IMG/VR virus record: IMGVR_UViG_3300031707_000002 | DNA: 64,000 bases | Reading direction: 5' to 3' (one strand) | Source of the DNA: an uncultured virus (IMG/VR IMGVR_UViG_3300031707_000002) | Lineage: Duplodnaviria; Heunggongvirae; Uroviricota; Caudoviricetes | Shown here: positions 10,424-21,400 of the stretch, piece by piece | Numbering within the stretch: the stretch's first letter is position 1 | Layout: every line of letters begins with the position of its first letter | Notes under the pieces: model-generated | The model's database searches: none | Seen by the model: only the letters and a program-made list of their open reading frames with translations | Told to the model about the DNA's origin: nothing | Translations under genes and position numbers: made by a program

Positions 10424-13400
10424 TCACCATGTCTGGATCTTTCATTCCAAACTTCGCCATAACATAAGTAGCAAAGGTATTATCCAAAAACAACCTGTTA
10501 AACCACTCATAAAAATCATTGTTACCCTCAGCAGAAATTACCAAATTAAAAAAGAAATCTACGGCATGTCGCTCATCCACAACAACATCAACAATACCAC
10601 GGAAGAAATTTTGCTGATTTAACACATTTGTTTTGAAAATATCCGCGTGCGCTACCGCATCACTGGCAATCTTCTCAGTAACTTTCAATTGATCTGTCTG
10701 CAAGGAAAACAACTTCCTGATGTACTTAACAGCAGTCGCCTCGTCAATAACGTCTGACAACTCCAACGAACTTCTCCCCATTGCTTCATTGAAGAAGGTA
10801 AGAAATTCAGGGGCATACTTCTCTCCGAGAATCGAAGTAATACCTTTAGTTCTGAAAATCTTAACTTGATTATCAATACTTAATAACTTTCCAAAACAAT
10901 ACCCAAGATTCTTTCTTAAATTATCCATAGAATTATCATAATCTCCCTTTACAGCAGCATCCAAAGTATCATACATGCTCTGCACAAAATCCTTGACAGA
11001 ATACTTAACACCTCCGTACTCCACAGGATCTATAGTTGGGTCATACCCCGCCCAATTCTTAGGAACAAGCTCAAGTAAAACCTTCACCCTATCAAGAAAC
11101 CCGTCCTTATCCCTTGGAAATGGTTGAATCATCCTCGACTCAATTGACCCATCATAATCAAGAACAGAACCACAAAATGAAATATTGTCCATGTGCTTAA
11201 TCGACTTGTTCAACGTGCTCCAACCTCGAAATGTCGGAGCACCATGACCAAATCCTACATCATCAGATTCTCCTATAGGATCTTCTACATGCATAAACAT
11301 CTTAACAAGTTCATCTGGGGTCTTACTTGCCAAGTAGTCAAGAATGACAGAGGAATACCCCTCTGACTTTATACCTGACAAATAATCCGTAGCATCCTTA
11401 TCAGTATAACTAAGTTTTACATACATAGCAGAACGGCCAGAGAAAGCAGAATCAATAGTGTTTGCTCCCTCATATCTATCACCATAATTCATAGCCTGAA
11501 GTACAACTACCTGTCCGGGTTCAAATTGGACGCCAAAGAGGCGGCAATCGCTGATTGCTTCAAAAACTGAGGACATCGCTGTTTGTTTTGCCCTATTCAA
11601 CTCATCAAAAAACACAACCAACTTCTGTCCCTTCTTGAGCTTCCTAATTCTTTTTGTAAACTCAATATCAGGAGCAAAAACAGTTACCTCTTCCGGTAGA
11701 CTAAGCTGCCCCAAAATTGCCGGATCTTTCAACTGAGCATACAAAGGATGAGTTTCTGGTAACTTCCCTTTAAGATCCTCTAACGCATAGTCAATAGTGT
11801 TAATGGTCTTCGGTGCCCCCATTACGTCAACTCTGTCTTTTTGAGACATATTGATAACAAATGGAGCATCCAAACCCATCTCTATACACACTTTATTAAC
11901 ACGATCTGTCTTGCCGTATGATGTCGGGGTAATCATCATCATAGCATTACCACTACCAACACAATTTCTTATACCCTTCTTAAATTCATCTTGTTCTTTA
12001 CCTGGGGAATCATCTACATGCTTGACTATACTCTTATAATTAGTCTTGAGATACTTCAAATATTCTGAAGATACATCATTCTCCCCTATCAAGTTAGTAA
12101 TAAAGACAGGGTTAAAAAAGTCTTTCTTTGCTTCCACAGCATTAACATGATTACTTACAAATTCCCAAGACCTGTAATGAGGAAATGGATCTAATGCTGC
12201 CCTTTTCTCCTGACCATCACCGTACTTCTTGTAGATGTCAGCCAAGACATCAATACTATACGCCTTTTCGGGAGTATCTACAAAATCAACAACAGATTTA
12301 TGCCATCCTGCACCCTGAATATATTTCTTCCACCTACCATAAACATCTTTAGGATTAACATTTATAGACTCAAACCTTTGCGCTGCTGCCGGATCATTGA
12401 TCATAGTAGTTGCATATATATCATGTATCGAAGGATCTAACCCTATAGGGGCATTAGCAGCACACACTATACTACACTGCTTCATCGAATGATTATTATA
12501 TATCTTCTGATTAAGAATAGCAGTAAGTGTTGCAATAACAGACTGAGGTGCCCGATTTATCTCATCAAGAAACAACAATACTGGCTTTTTCCATTCTTCA
12601 AACTTCTTCCTAAGAGCCTCTATAGTATCCTTTTCATCTTTAGGAATATCTGGGGTATCTGTAAGATACTTCTCAATCTGAACATACTTCTGAGTCGCAA
12701 ATTCCTGAAAATCATCCGTCGCCGTTATCATCTTGTCCATTGAAGCAGAATAAGACATCATCCTCTGTGTCTCATCATCAGTAGCAAACTTCTTCATACC
12801 TTCAAAGTCACTTCTTTCAACAAATGCACAGTTTCTCACGAAAACACCAGAACTAAGAGCGAAATTATGGTATTCAGGGACATTCAAACAATACGCATTA
12901 GAAATTTCCTCAACTACCCAAGCAGACACAACCTTACAGTCCCTATTTTCTCTGCCTGACATTAACAAAATTCCAGAAATTAGGTCTTTTGCCTCACACT
13001 CAGAACCATCTCGAAGAATAAATTTGTGGTCCGGCGTTACCCTTACCTTTTCTCCGTTATCAATCTCAACTTCAACAAAAGAAGCATTCTCTCTTGTTAC
13101 TCCAAGTGCTGTGGCAAGAGCAGGAAAAATAGTCCCATCTTTCTTACATGAATAAACCCACACCTTATCACCAGCAGGAATATCTTTGATCTTTTTAGAA
13201 GTACCGTCAATCAACTTTATTTCTGTGTCCCCGTGTAAGCACCTGAAGTCCACAAGTCTATACCCAAGCTCTTTTGCTAATTTCTTTACAAGTGCAGATT
13301 TAGCTACGGCAGTAGGCCCAATAAGTGTAGCAACTTGCTTCGCATCATCAGACCTTTTCAACAAATACTGTCTTAGCCACGTCTCAACAGGATCAAGTGT

Positions 13401-14123
13401 TCCTCCTGAAATACCTGGGGAAGCCCCACTACCGGCATTCGGAAGAGGAGCCTCGTACAACTCTTCACCCTGTCCTCGAAACTTCCGTAGCTGCTCTGTA
13501 AACTGCCCGATAGCCTCAGTAGTTGGAGTAGGAATAGCAGGGGTAGGAACAGTGGCATCCTTAGCTTCTGGATTCACAGGGGCAATTACAGGGGACACTC
13601 CCGGTCCATGATACTCAAGACCAGCCTTATCTCTCTCAGCAAAAGCACCCAAAACACTTGCAGTAAGCAACGAGTTTACAAGTCCTTTTATCTCATCTGA
13701 ACTCTTCGTATACCACAAAGAAACAATCTCACCAGCCTCTTTCACAATGGAAATAGAATCTGAAAAGTCTGAAATATTGAGTTTCGCCATCAGATTGTCT
13801 TCATCCAACGTGACATACCTTAATATCTCGGCATAGTCAACAACATCAATCAAAGCCTCTATCTTAGAACCCTCAGAATAAAGCTGCCTATTCAGTTCCT
13901 TAACATCATACAAATTCTCCTCTGCAAACACATACAAATTCAAAGGGTGTAGCTTGTAGAAACGAAAAGAAGCCTTTGCCGGAAAACCCCCAAATACAGG
14001 GTAAGTATCATACCCATAAAAAGGAGCAATCAACTCCTTCTTTGACAACATCCGGGTATAACTTCCTGTGAATCTTTGGGCAGAACGAACAAAAGGGAAG
14101 ATACTCTCAATGTCCAAAAGCAT
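10377..14123 (-). CDS. Tandem MoxR-like AAA+ ATPase with intein
   Basis: Module 1: GPTAVAKS / LLFLDEINRA / CAAN / DPAAAQRF. Module 2: TPTSYGKT / VVFFDELNRA / QAMN / DSAFSGR. Confidence 0.85.
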   Translation of the reverse strand: MLLDIESIFPFVRSAQRFTGSYTRMLSKKELIAPFYGYDTYPVFGGFPAKASFRFYKLHPLNLYVFAEENLYDVKELNRQLYSEGSKIEALIDVVDYAEILRYVTLDEDNLMAKLNISDFSDSISIVKEAGEIVSLWYTKSSDEIKGLVNSLLTASVLGAFAERDKAGLEYHGPGVSPVIAPVNPEAKDATVPTPAIPTPTTEAIGQFTEQLRKFRGQGEELYEAPLPNAGSGASPGISGGTLDPVETWLRQYLLKRSDDAKQVATLIGPTAVAKSALVKKLAKELGYRLVDFRCLHGDTEIKLIDGTSKKIKDIPAGDKVWVYSCKKDGTIFPALATALGVTRENASFVEVEIDNGEKVRVTPDHKFILRDGSECEAKDLISGILLMSGRENRDCKVVSAWVVEEISNAYCLNVPEYHNFALSSGVFVRNCAFVERSDFEGMKKFATDDETQRMMSYSASMDKMITATDDFQEFATQKYVQIEKYLTDTPDIPKDEKDTIEALRKKFEEWKKPVLLFLDEINRAPQSVIATLTAILNQKIYNNHSMKQCSIVCAANAPIGLDPSIHDIYATTMINDPAAAQRFESINVNPKDVYGRWKKYIQGAGWHKSVVDFVDTPEKAYSIDVLADIYKKYGDGQEKRAALDPFPHYRSWEFVSNHVNAVEAKKDFFNPVFITNLIGENDVSSEYLKYLKTNYKSIVKHVDDSPGKEQDEFKKGIRNCVGSGNAMMMITPTSYGKTDRVNKVCIEMGLDAPFVINMSQKDRVDVMGAPKTINTIDYALEDLKGKLPETHPLYAQLKDPAILGQLSLPEEVTVFAPDIEFTKRIRKLKKGQKLVVFFDELNRAKQTAMSSVFEAISDCRLFGVQFEPGQVVVLQAMNYGDRYEGANTIDSAFSGRSAMYVKLSYTDKDATDYLSGIKSEGYSSVILDYLASKTPDELVKMFMHVEDPIGESDDVGFGHGAPTFRGWSTLNKSIKHMDNISFCGSVLDYDGSIESRMIQPFPRDKDGFLDRVKVLLELVPKNWAGYDPTIDPVEYGGVKYSVKDFVQSMYDTLDAAVKGDYDNSMDNLRKNLGYCFGKLLSIDNQVKIFRTKGITSILGEKYAPEFLTFFNEAMGRSSLELSDVIDEATAVKYIRKLFSLQTDQLKVTEKIASDAVAHADIFKTNVLNQQNFFRGIVDVVVDERHAVDFFFNLVISAEGNNDFYEWFNRLFLDNTFATYVMAKFGMKDPDMVNAVLTYNKQKSGRGK
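12831..13241 (-). mobile_element. Mini-intein (137 aa) in AAA+ ATPase
   Basis: Starts CLHGDTEI, block B 'VTPDHKF', ends 'YHNFALSSGVFVRN' followed by Cys; exteins rejoin as YRLVDFR|CAFVERSD. Confidence 0.9.
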
Positions 14124-14132
14124 TTCAGACTC

Positions 14133-15317
14133 CTATAACTTTGCAGCCTTGACCAACATAATACGAATAATAACGTCGAGGTACTTGATATTTCTTGATT
14201 CTTCCACATTAGGCATCTTATCTGACTCTTTTGCAACCCTACCAATAAGGGCATCAAGCTGTCCTGAAGTCATCCCTCTCAATGTCGCGCCCTTCATAAG
14301 AACCTGCACAGAACCCGAACTAATAGAAGACAGGTTATTGTAAGTATCATTCATAATAGCTGTATGCATACTCCACAACTCTGCTTCCTTTACTTTCCCC
14401 TCATACATACCCTCTAAAGTAGTAGGATCAACAACAGACACAAAATCAGGGTCGCCATCCATTATATCCGTAACAACTCTTCTGTAAAAATCCGGCTCTG
14501 TTGCTACCTGCGGGAAACTCTCGTGATAACTTGCATTATACTGAGCACTTGTAGCAATCAAAATACTGGCTACATCATAACCTCTTCCCGTATTCATTCC
14601 TGGTGTTAGCTTTCTTACATTCTTACTAGTCTTATCATACGCCTCTTCTATAGAATCATGCATCTCTTTACCGGAAATAATCTTTGACTCTTTACTTAAT
14701 GCAAAAGTAGAGGTAACAAAACTATTCCCCTGAGTATCACTTAGGTTAATCTCCCACTTTCCTTTCGCAAACTGATAAACAATAGAACTCTCCTGCTCAA
14801 CAAGCATCTTCATGTATCTGTCAAAATCTGCTCCAAGATCCTTCTTGCCCGAAGGATCACTAAACTTGTTAACAAACATAAGAAAAAGAGGGTGTTTTGC
14901 ATACTCTACAGCAGTGTTTCCACCCAAATTCCAATTCATGACCATTTTCCCTGCCAAAACCCCTTTAAGTCCCTCAGATACTCTTTCCCTTCCCTCTTTA
15001 GTAGGAAGTAACTCTGCAAAGTCAAAAGCAACAAGTCCAAGCCGAGGATTCCCACAAAAACAAAAACAAAGACAAGCCTCATCCTCAAACCACCGCAAGC
15101 TACCAAAAGGAACCGTTCTACCACTGGCAGTCAAAGCTGAACAGGTATACCTCTCGATAGGATAACCAGACGGTAATGAGTCTATCCCTTGATAAGCAAA
15201 CGTAGTAAACTGGTCAAGCTCCACTTCAGGAGATAACCACGTATCAAACCTTTTGTCAGGGTCACTTCTTGTATATACTGATACAACTTTTCTCATTATC
15301 AAAAACCTATCTATCAA
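14133..15317 (-). CDS. Hypothetical protein
   Basis: 394-aa ORF in an operon-like arrangement; no recognised motif. Confidence 0.7.
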   Translation of the reverse strand: MIDRFLIMRKVVSVYTRSDPDKRFDTWLSPEVELDQFTTFAYQGIDSLPSGYPIERYTCSALTASGRTVPFGSLRWFEDEACLCFCFCGNPRLGLVAFDFAELLPTKEGRERVSEGLKGVLAGKMVMNWNLGGNTAVEYAKHPLFLMFVNKFSDPSGKKDLGADFDRYMKMLVEQESSIVYQFAKGKWEINLSDTQGNSFVTSTFALSKESKIISGKEMHDSIEEAYDKTSKNVRKLTPGMNTGRGYDVASILIATSAQYNASYHESFPQVATEPDFYRRVVTDIMDGDPDFVSVVDPTTLEGMYEGKVKEAELWSMHTAIMNDTYNNLSSISSGSVQVLMKGATLRGMTSGQLDALIGRVAKESDKMPNVEESRNIKYLDVIIRIMLVKAAKL

Positions 15318-16063
15318 GAAGACATGTTGTTTATACCACGAACAATAGTAGAGAAAGACAGAAATAACTTATTTGAATCAGTGTCTTCAAATGAGTTTAC
15401 AAACTCATCAAACTTCTTCTTATCTTTCAACTTAGTAAACAACGCCTTATATAACCTCGATGTTTTTACTCTAATGTCAGCACAAGAGTAAAGCTCCGCA
15501 GCTAGGTTTTCTTTTGTAACAAAACCAGAAAACCCACCAACTCTTGTCTTATTATAGTTGTAACTCACAGCCAAAGGAAATGCTAAATAATAAGAGTATA
15601 CAAAGCTCTTTAAGACATTACCAACCTTACTTCCCGGCTTCATCACAGAAGGGTCCGCATCAACCATATCCTCAAGATGCACCCTGATTCCTGACCTGTC
15701 TGAAAGCAACCTATTCTTCACAAATAAGGTATTATTAGTAAAAACATCATTCAATGTAGTAACAAGACTATCAATAGTTGCTTCAAGAGTACCACCATAA
15801 AGTTTTGGTAACTCAACCTTATTCAACAACTCAAATGTTGTTCGCACACTTGCCCAAGTGGTATCAAAATTAACCCCAGAACTACCAAATCCGGCATCAA
15901 ATATAATCCTATGTGTTATAGGATCTTGCTTCTTCCATGTAGCAAAAAACGACCTAACAGGTGTAATGGCTACCCACTGCCCCAAAACATCATAAAAAGA
16001 CTTTATAGCAACAGTATCATAACTTAGCATTTTTTGCCTCGTAGATTCTTCTAAGGATTCCAA
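15314..16063 (-). CDS. Hypothetical protein
   Basis: 249-aa ORF, 4-nt overlap with next gene. Confidence 0.7.
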   Translation of the reverse strand: MESLEESTRQKMLSYDTVAIKSFYDVLGQWVAITPVRSFFATWKKQDPITHRIIFDAGFGSSGVNFDTTWASVRTTFELLNKVELPKLYGGTLEATIDSLVTTLNDVFTNNTLFVKNRLLSDRSGIRVHLEDMVDADPSVMKPGSKVGNVLKSFVYSYYLAFPLAVSYNYNKTRVGGFSGFVTKENLAAELYSCADIRVKTSRLYKALFTKLKDKKKFDEFVNSFEDTDSNKLFLSFSTIVRGINNMSS

Positions 16064-16265
16064 ACTCCGAAGATTCCCGTAAAAGTAAAGTGTCCCTCAA
16101 CGACCTCTGCTCCTTAACAACACCCGAAACCCCTCCCAAAGACTTCTTGTAAGCCAACATACAAAGCTGACTCCACTTATCAGAGTTCTCCTCAATGTCA
16201 GGATAATCTCTTCCAACTGAAGCCTTCGCCTCTTCCCATGCTTTTTTCTTATTCACGTCGCCCAT
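16017..16265 (-). CDS. Small hypothetical protein carrying an ILRRIYE motif
   Basis: 82 aa, starts 1 nt after the upstream gene's stop. Confidence 0.55.
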   Translation of the reverse strand: MGDVNKKKAWEEAKASVGRDYPDIEENSDKWSQLCMLAYKKSLGGVSGVVKEQRSLRDTLLLRESSEFGILRRIYEAKNAKL

Positions 16266-16266
16266 G

Positions 16267-18096
16267 CTATGCTATTGCTTCTTTAGAGATATTCCCATTA
16301 ACATCCACAGTCGTATTTACAGTAACTTGATTCCCACCAGTACCCATCAAAATTGTCTTTGGTTTCTGGTTGGTATGCCTGTCAGTAACCTCTCGACTAT
16401 AGATAACATCCTTCATAAACGTCTTTGAATTAGCACTTATATCAACTGTCTCACCATCAAGAGTTGACTTAACATCACTCCCTGTAAAGTTTAGTAAGTC
16501 TGTCTTTGCCTTAATATCAACAGTATTTGAAAGTATGTTATGAATATCAACCGCATCAGCCTCAGTTATCTTCTCAGAAGACCGCACCTGCTGAACTGAA
16601 ACTGCACTCAACAAATAATCAAAAAACACATTTATTGAGGCCTTTGCATCGGTACTAAGAACAGAATAGATGTACACATACCTACCAACACCTGTCCTTG
16701 TCATAGGACTTGATGGAATAAGAACAGTTCCAGTAGAAGTTATTATTGTTATATGGACATTATTCGCATCCGGGTCCATAGGCAATCCTGTAAGATCAAA
16801 CAACCTAACATAAACATTGTAGGTATTAGATCCAGCATCAGGAATAATCATAGGACTATCAACAATACCTACAAAATTCGTACTATTCTGAATATTGGAA
16901 ATTGCATTCAGAATAACAGACTGTGAAGCAGGATCAGAGGGAAGATTGGTTGTCTTTGTACCAATACCACCAAGAAGATCATCCACGGAACCAGAAACAG
17001 GAGCACCAACAGAAGGAGCAAGTTTCATTGCGTCCCTTACCTGCTGCTGATTTATAGAAGATGATGAAACAGTAGCATCGACAGGAAAACGGTAAGGTAA
17101 ACAACCAACTGCCTCTACAACACACTGATACAGAACAGGCTGTTCAAATTCAGGATTACCAAACTGAATCCAATAATTGCCCTTACCAGACTCCTGTAAG
17201 TCGCATTGCCAATCCTGAAGATTTAACCTTGGAATCATAACCTCAGTCAAAGACAACCTACCCCAAATATACTGCTTAGATAAATATGCAGATACACAAT
17301 ACTGAGAATAAGGAGAATAAGGACTACTTGGAGGTGTAAACCCAGAAACCCACCGAGCATACCTATCAACATGGACCTCATCAATCCAACCATCAAAGCC
17401 AACAGGACTGCCAGACCCATAAGCACCGAAAAACAAATGTGTGGTAACAGAATAAAAGTTCAAATACCCACTTCCAGAAGAACAGGCTAAAACATCACTC
17501 CCAACCAATGTTCCGTCTCTGAAAAAATAATGTGTTGTTCCACTCTTAACATAAGCTACATGATACCAAACTCCAGTATTAACAACAAAACCAGAATCAT
17601 TTATGTTTATAGAACTACCACCCATCATCCCTAGCACAGACAAATTAAGATGCCCAGAAGCATCTACAGTTATTGATATAATACGGTCACTAATAATAGC
17701 AGTTCCAGCAAGATGCCTTATTGCAGAAGGAACCGTATCAAACATTATCCAAAAATCAAGAGTAAAATCATACTGTATTGCATTTGCTTGGGGCTTTGTT
17801 TTATTCCCAAGCTCCCAATCAATCGAAACTGGATAAACAAAATATTTATTGTTCATCCTCAAAGAGGAGGAACCAAACTTATATTGGGCAGTATCAATAG
17901 TCGGGGAATTTGAAGCATATACAACATTACTTCTTAAAGAGGAATCAGTAATATTTGTACTTCCGAGAATATCCTCGAAATGAAGAAGCAGTCTTGTCTC
18001 CAAAGGAAACAACCCTAGCACAGAAGTCTTAAAATCTGTTTCATCAATAAGAGCTACAGGGAAAAACTGGTCTACTCCAACTTCGCCTTTGAACAT
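16267..18096 (-). CDS. Virion protein with LamG/concanavalin-A-like domain
   Basis: 'AQYKFGSSSL', 'DFTLDFW', 'WYHVAYV', 'FDGWIDEVHV...ARW..FTPP' are typical phage LamG motifs. Confidence 0.8.
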   Translation of the reverse strand: MFKGEVGVDQFFPVALIDETDFKTSVLGLFPLETRLLLHFEDILGSTNITDSSLRSNVVYASNSPTIDTAQYKFGSSSLRMNNKYFVYPVSIDWELGNKTKPQANAIQYDFTLDFWIMFDTVPSAIRHLAGTAIISDRIISITVDASGHLNLSVLGMMGGSSININDSGFVVNTGVWYHVAYVKSGTTHYFFRDGTLVGSDVLACSSGSGYLNFYSVTTHLFFGAYGSGSPVGFDGWIDEVHVDRYARWVSGFTPPSSPYSPYSQYCVSAYLSKQYIWGRLSLTEVMIPRLNLQDWQCDLQESGKGNYWIQFGNPEFEQPVLYQCVVEAVGCLPYRFPVDATVSSSSINQQQVRDAMKLAPSVGAPVSGSVDDLLGGIGTKTTNLPSDPASQSVILNAISNIQNSTNFVGIVDSPMIIPDAGSNTYNVYVRLFDLTGLPMDPDANNVHITIITSTGTVLIPSSPMTRTGVGRYVYIYSVLSTDAKASINVFFDYLLSAVSVQQVRSSEKITEADAVDIHNILSNTVDIKAKTDLLNFTGSDVKSTLDGETVDISANSKTFMKDVIYSREVTDRHTNQKPKTILMGTGGNQVTVNTTVDVNGNISKEAIA

Positions 18097-18123
18097 ACTC
18101 TATCCCCTAAGTATGATTTCCTA

Positions 18124-18456
18124 CTAATAGTTAGGACACTTGAACTTCACCCTACCACAAACAATCGTGTGCTTCTTATTGATAGGATCACCACCATTCT
18201 CAACCCAAAGACTAAATTTCTGACTTGAAATAAAAGTCAGGGTATCCTCTTTCAGAAGATGTAATATACCCTTACCATTCATGGTATCAGTTATATCTAC
18301 CTGAGTAGGATCATAAGAAGACTTAGAAACACTTCCGCTGGAAAACATCACAGTCCACCCATTCAAGTCAAAAGGATTCCCAGAAGAATCAAGGACAGAA
18401 AATGATACGTCCGAAGAATCTCCTTTAATAACAACTAAATCTCGCGCTATAGACAT
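18124..18456 (-). CDS. Small Ig-like/BppU-N-like structural protein
   Basis: 'GDSSDVSFSVLDSSGNPFDLNGW...TDTMNGKGILHL...DT'. Confidence 0.55.
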   Translation of the reverse strand: MSIARDLVVIKGDSSDVSFSVLDSSGNPFDLNGWTVMFSSGSVSKSSYDPTQVDITDTMNGKGILHLLKEDTLTFISSQKFSLWVENGGDPINKKHTIVCGRVKFKCPNY

Positions 18457-18483
18457 CGCACATACCTCTATAATACAAGTATA

Positions 18484-21400
18484 TTAAGTACAAATATCGT
18501 GGACCTCACCAAAGATGCTTACAGCATCAACAGAACTCTTCCACTCTGTTTTATCCACGTCAGCCCCGTCAAAGGACAGGCTATCAATTGTTCCTGAGAA
18601 ACAAAACGCTTCTTTTCGTACTTCCGCTCTTGAAAACTCATCAACAAATATAGAGTCTTCTGCGAACGGATTAAGAACTGGACCGAACCCTTTTACAAAT
18701 TCCTGCACCAAGACATCATCGAACACAGAGACATTAAATGTCAAGTAGACATCAGAAGAATCAGACAGACTAATTATCTCAAACACCGAAGTATTTATTG
18801 ACAAACTAACAAACAAGTTATCTTGTGTAGATATATCATCAAATACTGATATATCACCAGTTGTCATTAACGAAGTAAGCAACTCAAAGACTGAAACTCT
18901 CTCATAGACAACACCAGCAAGAGGAACTTCTACATTATCCTGATCGGTAATAGTAACTATATCAGAAACAAATATAGCAGGCAAGCGAATCCGTGAATTA
19001 CAGTAATCATTAACTGAAATATCTTCATAAGAAAATACTGTAGGTAAAGGATTACTTACTGAAATATAATCTCTTACAAGAACACTATCACGAACACTAA
19101 CTTTACCAAGAAGAATTTCTGCCTCAACAAACTCCGAAAGGTAAACATCATCCGTAACAAACACCGAAGGAAGCACGCACCGAGTTAGTAATAACTCCCC
19201 AATATGTACTGCATCAAATACGCTTACCCCACTCAACGGATTCTTAGCAGATACAACTTCTGAAACATAAACAAAATCAAAAACAAACACACTAGGCAAA
19301 GGCAACTGCATTCCAACAAACTCAATAACAGACACATCATCTATAACATAAGCACCACTCAACGGATTCTTAATAGAAACAACTTCCGAAACATGAATAA
19401 TATCAAAGACAAACACACTTTGCAAAGGAGCATCAACATTCACATACTCATGTACAGAAACAACATCAAAAACACTTACACCATATAAGGGCAGATTAGA
19501 GAACACAGACTCTTGAACAGTAATAGAGTCGGCGGAATTTGCGGGGAGTACAATTGGGTTTACAGTAAGTAAATCGGAGACATGAACAATATCAAAAACA
19601 CTAACACCGGGAATTAGATTATCAACATATATCTGATCAAAAACCCCAACAAAATCAACTACAGCCACTCCGGGCAACAAAGACTTCGCATCCACAAACT
19701 CCATCAAAGAAACATCATCAAAAACCACTCCCAAAGACAAAAGAATCTTAGCAGAAATAAAATCAATCACATGAACAGCATCAAAGACACTAATCCCATG
19801 CAAAGGACTGTCAACAAACAAACTCTCACTTACAGCCATATAATCAGATGTACTTATACCAACCAGCGGTAACTCATGCTGTATGTACTCGTAAAAGAAA
19901 ATAACATCAAAAACAGACATGTAAATAAAAGGATTAGAACAAACAGCATTATCAATCAAACTCACAGAGTCGCTAACATAAATATTAACAGAAACATAAA
20001 CATCAACAGCATCTACCACAGAAATAGTATCTTGAATAATAACAGGGGGAATCTCGATAATTACAAAAGAAACATCTCCAACACCTACATTATCAATTAC
20101 TATCCCTCCTACAGCAACACTAGTCATCTCCGTCACTAAAATACCATCAAAGACACTTACTAATCCAAGCTCTTCTTCTAAAAACAAAATTTCTGAATGG
20201 TGTATCTCATCAAATACCAACACACTTCCAAGGTCTTCTCGTACATCTGAAAATTCATCAACAAATACAGAGTCGGATATGTTAATCTTTCCAAGATTTT
20301 CTATGTTTGTTATCTGTTCGCCTACAAAAACACCATCATAAACAAAAATATCGCCCAAACTCTCCGTCAAATTCAAAAATTCTTCTACTAACACAACATC
20401 AAAAATATCAACAAACCCAAGATGCTCCTGAACACTTACAAACTCACTCACATAAACAAAATCAAATACGCTAATCTCTCCAAGGTCTTCTATAACGTCT
20501 GCATATTCATCAGTATTTAGTATCTCAAATATTGAAATATCACCAAGATTTTCTTCCACATCCAAAAACTCACCAACAAACACAGAATCAAGTATCTCAA
20601 CATACCCAAGATCCTCATTTGCCTCCAACAACTCCATCACAGAAATATCATCAGAAACAGATATATAACCAAGACCCTCTACTACATCCGAAAACTCATA
20701 GACTAACACATTATCAAATACTGAAACATCTCCAAGATTTTCTGCCAAGTCAAGAACTTCAGACACATAAACACTATCAAAAATACTAACGTAACCAAGT
20801 TCTTCTTCTGCTACTAACGACTCGTCTACAGATAAATCATCATAAACAAAAATATCCCCAAGATCCAAAACACCTACTACAACTAACTCAGAAGAATACA
20901 CCAAATCAAAGACAGACACATCACCGAGATTTTCTTTTACTTCCAATAACTCAAACAGGTCAACCAAATCAAATATTGAAATATTTCCAAGGTCTTCTCT
21001 TACTGACAATTCCTCATAAATGGTAATATCATCAAAAACAAAAATACCCTCGGTAGACTCTATGCCATACAAACTCTCTGCCAAATGAACACCATCACTT
21101 ACAGAAACATCTCCAAGATTTTCAACAAGAGACAGAAACTCTTCTGCGGCAATAGAGTCATTAACCGATATAACACCTAAACTCTCAACCACAGATAAAG
21201 CATCGCCTACAAACACCGAATCGGTTACACTTACTCCTAAATTCTCCTTGCCTAAAACAAACTCATTAACAAAAACAGAATCAGAAGCAGCTACATCTCC
21301 CAGATTTTCAACAACACTTAGAACCTCACTAACAAGAACTTGATCAAAAACACTCACAAATCCAAGGTTTTCTTGGACAGTCAACTGCTCAAACGTGGTA

